From Rhodosorus marinus CCMP1338 (Eukaryota > Plantae > Rhodophyta), in assembly GCA_029953675.1 (NCBI GenBank), contig JAMWBK010000003.1, forward strand, positions 2,976,001 through 3,040,000: a DNA stretch of 64,000 nt. Direction: 5' to 3'. Position numbers and translations under genes: made by a program. Shown here in pieces: positions 57,728-64,000 of this stretch; within the stretch, counting starts at the first letter, position 1, and every line of letters starts with the position of its first letter. A model generated the notes under the pieces. That model searched no databases, was not told the origin of the DNA, and was given only the letters and a program-made list of their open reading frames with translations.

Positions 57728-58988
57728 TTAAATACCCAACTCATCACGAAGCTTCTCCACCTCCAACCCCGCCTCGTAGACTAATTTCTGCAGAACAAAT
57801 ATATCCTCCTGGAATACCTTGGCCTCCTCGGATTGCTCAGACTCTGAGGGGTTGTTATTGATCGAGGTCTGGACGATCGATCGCTGTTTCCGAAGCCTTT
57901 CCGAGAGCGACTCAACAAGCTTCTGCTGCTCTTTCAGCTGCTCCAACAGTTGATCTCGGTGTTCCTTTTGTATTTCCTCACTGTTGGCCATCATTTCATC
58001 GAGTTCCGTTTCTAGCAGTTGCTTTTGTAATCTCAGCTCGTTGGTGGTCTCCAAAACGGTGGTGAGATTCTCCTCCATTGCGGACTTGTCCTGTGCCAAG
58101 CATGATCAATAATCTTTAGACACTCAATTTGTTGACAATATGCAACCTGAGCTATGAGGAACATCTAGCCCCCATTTTTGCTACTAAGAAAAGCGTACCT
58201 GGTTGATACCTCTGACTCTCTCCTCCAGCTCCTCACATTCAGTCCTAAGCGCCCTCATCTCAGGCGACTGTGCCAATACGAAACACGAGTGGTGGTGAGG
58301 AAGATCGGTTATCAGTTGTGCCTATAGGGACTGGCACTAGGAGCATACCTCCTTGGCCTTCAAGGTTTCCAACGCAGCGCTTCTTGCTTCCTGTACTTTC
58401 TGAATGTTCTTCTCCAATTCTTCCTTCGCCTTCCACGTTTCTCCGCTGACGTAGTCTAGCCTTCGCCTGATCACAAGAACCTGGAAGCACGTACGTAGAC
58501 ATCTTTGAGCAAGAGCCACGGATCCATTGATGCCCTCAGTTTTTCGTGTTTCTCCCTACATCATCTCGGAGCTCATCTCGTCGGGAATTGAGGGTCTTAA
58601 TCTCCGCCGCTCGAGTTTTTCGCCTGTTCATTTCGCTGTCTTGTCGTTTCTCTTGCTCTCGGCCCGTAGCATCTTCATCGGCCTTTTCCCTCCACAAGTG
58701 CCAAAGACCTTTAGCAGATTTCGCAAGCTCGTACAAGCCTATGGCAGAGGCTGACAACGACAAAACCAATACAGAAAGACAGAGGACATCTGTCTTATCG
58801 TCAATCCACCACTCAACGAACTCCTCTCCTGTATCCTCGTCAACAATATACTCCACGATTGCCAGTGCCGACCTGGGATTCGGCGTGGCCACGGCAATCT
58901 GTCGATTTGTCGGCTTACAATGTACAACCGTCCTCCTCCGATCAATCCCAACACTGGCTGGTGCCAGGAACAGGGCTATTCCCGTCAT
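57728..58988 (-). CDS. Hypothetical plastid-type protein: transit peptide, one TM, long coiled coil (4 exons)
   Basis: MTGIALFLAPASV..., TM 'VLCLSVLVLSLSASAIGLY', and phase-0 introns linking RDD|VLVIRRRLD...KAKE|SPEMRAL...INQ|DKSAMEE...ELGI*. Confidence 0.65.
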
Positions 58989-61076
58989 CAATACTATTTC
59001 ACATCCGGAATGTTACGAAACCACAGAACCAGACCACCTCTTCGAACAAAGGCACAACTAAACACCATAAACCAGAAAAAAGCTCCGAAGTGTTTAGCTC
59101 AGAACCAAACCTGCGAAAGACTAACGTTGTCCCGAACCACCAACCAACGACCAAAAGGAAATTTCTTAGAATATGCTATCAATTCCACCACTCTGAGAAA
59201 GCCTCGGCAAACTTTCAGCTCCCCCTCAGCAGCACGTAGATGAGGCTAAACAACAAAAGCCCTTTGTTAACCACCAAGAGCAATGAAGTCGCCCGCCGAC
59301 TCTTTTGCCAGTGTCCCTATCCAATCTCCCCAATCCGACTGGCAACCGATCGCATTGCCAAGATAAATGCCGCAAATCCACTTTTAAACTCAAAACGTCC
59401 TAATCAAAATCCCATCAGATCTAAAATGATAAATTACACCGTATAAGAAAAGATCTAGCGATAATATTCCAGTTGGAACTAGGGGGTAAATTTTCTTTAT
59501 ATATATTTTTTATATGTTCAATATTTATGGAATATTATTTTCATCGGATGGTTTAAAGGGGGGTATTTACGTTGTCCCCTAAGTTATTGTATATTTAGTG
59601 TATTACCGTAGTAGTGTTATAAATATAAAAAAAAATGCTTGTGGAGGAACATCGTCTGGGACAGGTCCGAAGTGGCTCCCTTTTCTCTTTTCTTTTTGGA
59701 TCTGGCTCGTGCTTTTGAGAAGTGTTCAGACAGAGCGAGCACGGATGGGAAGCGCCAGTGCTCGCGGTTTGGTGAGGGGTTCATGGGCTCTGGACGATCT
59801 CACGGTTTTGAAATTCTTGCAAGACTGACCGAGATGGTCAGCAGCAGCATAGCATCGCTTGCCTAGTATCAGACGATGGACATAGAGTCTGTGCGTCAAT
59901 AATTACTCGAAAAGGGGTTGTTCTTTTGGCAGAGTTTTCAGGAAACGGATTTGTCTTGAGGTTCCTCATGCGTGTTGGGCTGCGCTAGTCTCTGGGTACG
60001 GGGTTTCCGAGCTATGCCGATCTTGGTTGAAGAGGCCTGTTATACGCTGCCAACACCATATTAACTGCTTATGGAGAATAGAGCTGCGCAAGGGGAGCTA
60101 TTGGCAAGACGTGGAGAAGGGTCTAAGAAAGGTCGAATTTTGATGTCGGCCGACAATTCGACGTACTTCCAGGTTGCTGGTCTAATCGACCTGTATATAA
60201 GGATACAGAATGGTTGCCGCTCGTAGGAGGAGGAAGAAACGAGTTCTGGGCAGAAGAAAAAGTAGTGGGAGTAGCAGATTTTTGTTGGAGCGCAACATGT
60301 GCCCAACGTCCCATCCCGTAGCCCCCTTGTATGGGGGACAAAAAAATAAAAATTCTCGGCGGTGCAAAATGGTAGCGAATGAACTATCGAGCAAAGTATT
60401 TAATGGCCAATAACACAAAGCTGTTGGTGCAAAATGCAATGAACAATATCCACGCGTCTGTGAATGGCATCTGCCCCAATCACGTACCTCTGATAATCCA
60501 ATCATCATCGATTATGGAGCTTACCCTACAAAAATTTATGAAATTGAATGTCGATGTTCTCAGCAACAACAGATGAAAACTGCTTTTTTTTTTGGTTTAC
60601 CTCTGCTGTTGTTGACAATGAGCCAAGAGAGCCTGTGGTTGTCAATGCTATTGTCGTGATCCGACGAGATGAAGCTATGAATTTAGAGCTTGAAAGCTTG
60701 TAGAAGCCCACAGACTAGCAAGCGTCCACAATGCACCAACACAAAGACTCTCAAAGGAAACAGCAGCACACCCCGCGAAACTCAGCTCCCGATCTGGCGT
60801 GGGACAGAGAGTGTCCCGATGTCAACGACAGAGCCTAGAAGACATCCTATTTTCCGCGTCATTCGTAGGCTTTCGTCTTCAGCCACTGTCGAAAACATCC
60901 ACACCTGTTCGCCACAGACAGCAAGCTCCGCCGATCACTGAACTGATCTCATTGTGCAAGACGCGTGTATGAGATGGACGTGCTCAGTGAACGAACTGTG
61001 ATTATATTGGGGAGGAAGCAGGCTAGTAATAGGCGTCAATCTTTCAAGAATTAAATGTTGTGAGAGTCTGTTAAGA

Positions 61077-62714
61077 ATGAGCTATTTGAGATTTGCGTCT
61101 AGACGAGCTGCTTCTACTCTATCTGCTCAACGGAGGTGAGCGGTGGTTTTCGTCTGGAGCTTGATGCTTCCTCGTTTTGCTTTTCGCAGCCCGCAGGTGT
61201 GTTCTCTCTAATTGTTCTGCCTTTCTTTTTGGCTTCCTGTTTGCAGCGAAGCACCATATCGGAGAAGGTTGGAAGAGTTGAGAAAGCAGCTCGCATCCGA
61301 GGGGACGGAGATTGATGTACGGTGAAGCATTTTGCGGAGGACTGCTGGATTTTCGATCTTCTAAGACTTGATCTTGAACATCTGCTTGCGTAGGATTTTT
61401 TCGGAGAGAAGAACGGTTCTTCGGCGTTTGAGAGTGTGGACGTCGTTGGGGGAAGGACAGACGCGTACAGGTAGGGACGTCGCGGCCTCCGCTATGGGTT
61501 CCACCTTGGTTTGCAAGGATCTCACCACAGCTTGACCGATAATTTCATTTGATCATGGCAGTGAGCCTCAGAAGCCATCATGGTTGAAGGTACGCCCGCC
61601 TGGTGACCACGAATCCCAGAAGGAGTATACACGTCTTAGAGAGACCGTGAGGAAGAAGAAGCTTGCGACAGTCTGCGAGGAAGCTAGATGTCCCAACATC
61701 GGCGAATGCTGGGGAGGAGTAAGTTGCTTGCAATCCACCGAAGGCAACTCATCTAGTCCTCCTGAAGATAAGAAGCACCTCGTTTCTGAGGCGCCGGGTC
61801 TAGTTCATGCCAGTAGAAGGTATAGTCTACGAGCTTGTTTGATTCTAGCTGAGCATTTCTTCACATTTTTTACAGGGCACGGCGACGATTATGATCATGG
61901 GTGACACTTGCACACGAGGATGCAGGTTTTGTAATATTAAGACGTCGAAAGCTCCAGAAGGACTGGATCCGAATGAGCCCGTACACGCAGCCGAGGCCGT
62001 AACTTCCTGGGGATTGAAATATGTTGTAATAACCTCTGTGGATCGGGATGACTACGAGGACGGAGGATCTGCTCATATTGCGAAGACAGTTAAGGAGATG
62101 AAAAAGCGTCAGAGCGACCTTCTGATTGAGGTTTTAGCCCCTGACTTTCGGGGTAGTTTGAAGGATGTTGAGAAGGTAGCCGGTTGCGGGTTGGATGTGT
62201 ATGCCCACAATTTGGAAACAGTGGAAAGATTGCAGAGAGCTGTGCGGGACTATCGCGCGGGGTACAAGCAGAGTCTGAAAACATTGGAAGCGGCGAAGTC
62301 ACACGCACCGCATGTGGTAACGAAAACCTCGTTGATGCTCGGTGTGGGTGAGAGCCATGAAGAAATCAGACAAACAATGCGTGATTTGCGAGATTGTGGG
62401 GTGGAAGTGGTCACGTTCGGACAATATCTGCGCCCAAGCAAGCGCCATCTTAAAGTAGAGCAGTGGGTCCCTCCGCATGAGTTCGAAATGTGGCAACAAG
62501 AAGGCGAACAAATGGGTTTCCGGTAAGTAGAGCATTCAATTCGGAATGAGTAGATTGCCCGCTGGACTCTTTAGCAGGAAGGTCTCATTGTCTTATACGT
62601 CCCTTTAGGTATGTGGCGTCTGGTCCGCTCGTTCGAAGCTCCTATAAGGCTGGAGAGTTTTATTTGTCCGCGCTCGTGAAAGAGAGGCAAAAGCAGATGC
62701 TTCAGGCGGCATGA
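61077..62714 (+). CDS. LIAS: Mitochondrial lipoyl synthase (radical SAM), 6 exons
   Basis: Presequence [14 protein letters not shown]..., CX4CX5C '[12 protein letters not shown]', CX3CX2C 'CTRGCRFC', and '[12 protein letters not shown]'. Five frame-consistent introns. Confidence 0.95.
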
Positions 62715-62955
62715 CAGGGAACTTTAAGAGTGTGTTTTTTTAGTTTAGAACGTGAGACTGCGACCCATGCACTCTGTATCTTCCCAAGGCAAGGTTTGAG
62801 GCGAAAGCAGGACGAATAAGCTTTCCGGCTGGCTTGCATAATTAAAATGATCCTATTGATACTTTTAACTTGATATGTCCCTTCCAAGCTCGCGCCGTGA
62901 CAAGGCTCTAGTGACGGTGTACATCTCGAGGCGCGGTCTTTTTTTTTTAATCCTT

Positions 62956-64000
62956 CTATTGCGTCAATTCTGCCCCTCTTTCTCGCTTCCGTTCAAAGTA
63001 CCTGACCACCTGAGGAGGCGGAGCATCCACCCATTCATCCTCATAGCCGTGTTCTCTTTCCCAGGCTTCCTGGAGCAGCTTTACCAGGCCACTCTGAGCG
63101 TCGAAGCTGGTGCCGATGTTTTCTCGGAAGCATATGCGGTACTCAAATGTGTTTTCCTCAGTGGTCACTCGAATATCAAGACCGAGCCTATCCAACGACA
63201 CCACGGACGCGGTGAAGGTGTCCTCGATACCACAGAATATAGTACACAAGCGCCTCATGTCCTCTGAGCCAGAAGAATTTAGCCTGTCAATGAGCTTCGT
63301 CGCTTCAAAAGCAATAGGATCCGGTTCCGCTTTCGTATAATCTTCCATTGGTACCCACGTCGCGGCAACTCCAAAACCTCCTACGAAGTAGACATCCTCT
63401 ACCTCCATTCTGTAAAAGTGGAAGGCTTCTGCATACGTAAGAGCCTCCTTGGCGTGTGGATGCCTCTCGACGAAGAAATCAACAAGTTCTTCCAGATCCA
63501 CACGGGAAACGCGCTCGACCGAGCCGATGAGGGTGGCTCTTCCCCCAGATTGTCCGGAGCTGGTTGGCGGCTGACAGAAGAGGGAAATCTTATTATGCTT
63601 TTTCAGATTGCCCGTATGAGCCGCACTATTCGCAAGGAGCATGATAGGTCTACCATCTTGGTCCAATATGTAGTCAACGTGAGAGCCAAAGGGAACACCG
63701 TCGTGTCTAACAGACGAGGTGCACAAGGTACCCTAACATAAGAACAAGCGGAGCCAAAATATCTCAGAAAAATCCAAGAACATACACCATCGTCTAATTG
63801 CTTAAAATATCCGACTTACCGTTGAGCACGTATTCACAACGGTTCTCGCACGTTCACCAAGAGAAAGCTGGTACGTTGGGCTGTCACCCTCACTTTCCCC
63901 CTTATGATGTTCAATCACAACATGCGAATTCGTTCTCGAATTCTCAGCTGACATCGCAGTCCTCCATCTTCTCCTCGCCAACCCTTCACCCTTGGCAGAT
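62956..64000 (-). CDS. HugZ/GluTR-binding-protein-like split-barrel (PNPOx-like) plus DUF2470 protein, 5'-partial
   Basis: 'ERARTVV..|GTLCT..DGVPFGSHVDY..DGRPIMLL...HTGNL', 'YFVGGFG..A.WV...Y..AEPDP', 'DRLGLDIRV'. The frame stays open to the window edge; intron ~63818-63733. Confidence 0.8.

Noticed and set aside
61190-61196. 7-nt micro-exon in lipoyl synthase intron 1
   Set aside because: A single 61136-61247 intron already restores the frame, and including 7 nt would break it.
1-64000. tRNA, rRNA, telomeric arrays, prokaryotic operons or defence systems
   Set aside because: None seen; isolated TTTAGGG words are not arrayed and genes are intron-containing eukaryotic types.

Overview
Eukaryotic nuclear DNA: a compact, gene-dense 64-kb segment with short GT-AG spliceosomal introns (mostly about 75-130 bp, a few about 230-250 bp). 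Several genes start with Ser/Arg-rich plastid transit peptides carrying an early 'GFV/GFL' motif and no signal peptide in front, which points to a primary-plastid alga, most likely a unicellular red alga (inference, no database search possible). I can support about 25 protein genes. Trafficking and ER genes: SEL1L/HRD3, COPZ, Sec6, Sec31, Sly1, a PA-TM-RING ligase and a tetraspanin-like gene. Plastid genes: a HAT-repeat protein, FBPase, DUF1350, a CHORD-like Zn protein, a PF06695 membrane protein, a TM/coiled-coil protein and a HugZ/GluBP-like protein. Others: PfkB kinase, CCT protein, TTC1, quinone oxidoreductase, IWS1, NEP1, SNAPC1, an ankyrin protein and lipoyl synthase. There is also an internally deleted Ty3/Gypsy relic and two local DNA-level duplications of gene fragments. 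The most striking candidates are: (1) a PF06695 membrane protein apparently spliced onto a ~570-aa acidic tail with five MinD-like amphipathic motifs and four YVYVDEDGNE repeats, with an alternative acceptor giving a short form; (2) a structured intergenic segment with a U1A-type AUUGCAC hairpin and an Sm site but no canonical U1 5' end; (3) a single-domain CHORD-like plastid protein. Exon boundaries were derived by hand from splice signals and frame continuity and need RNA-seq confirmation. Most short ORFs in the supplied track are antisense or frame shadows.
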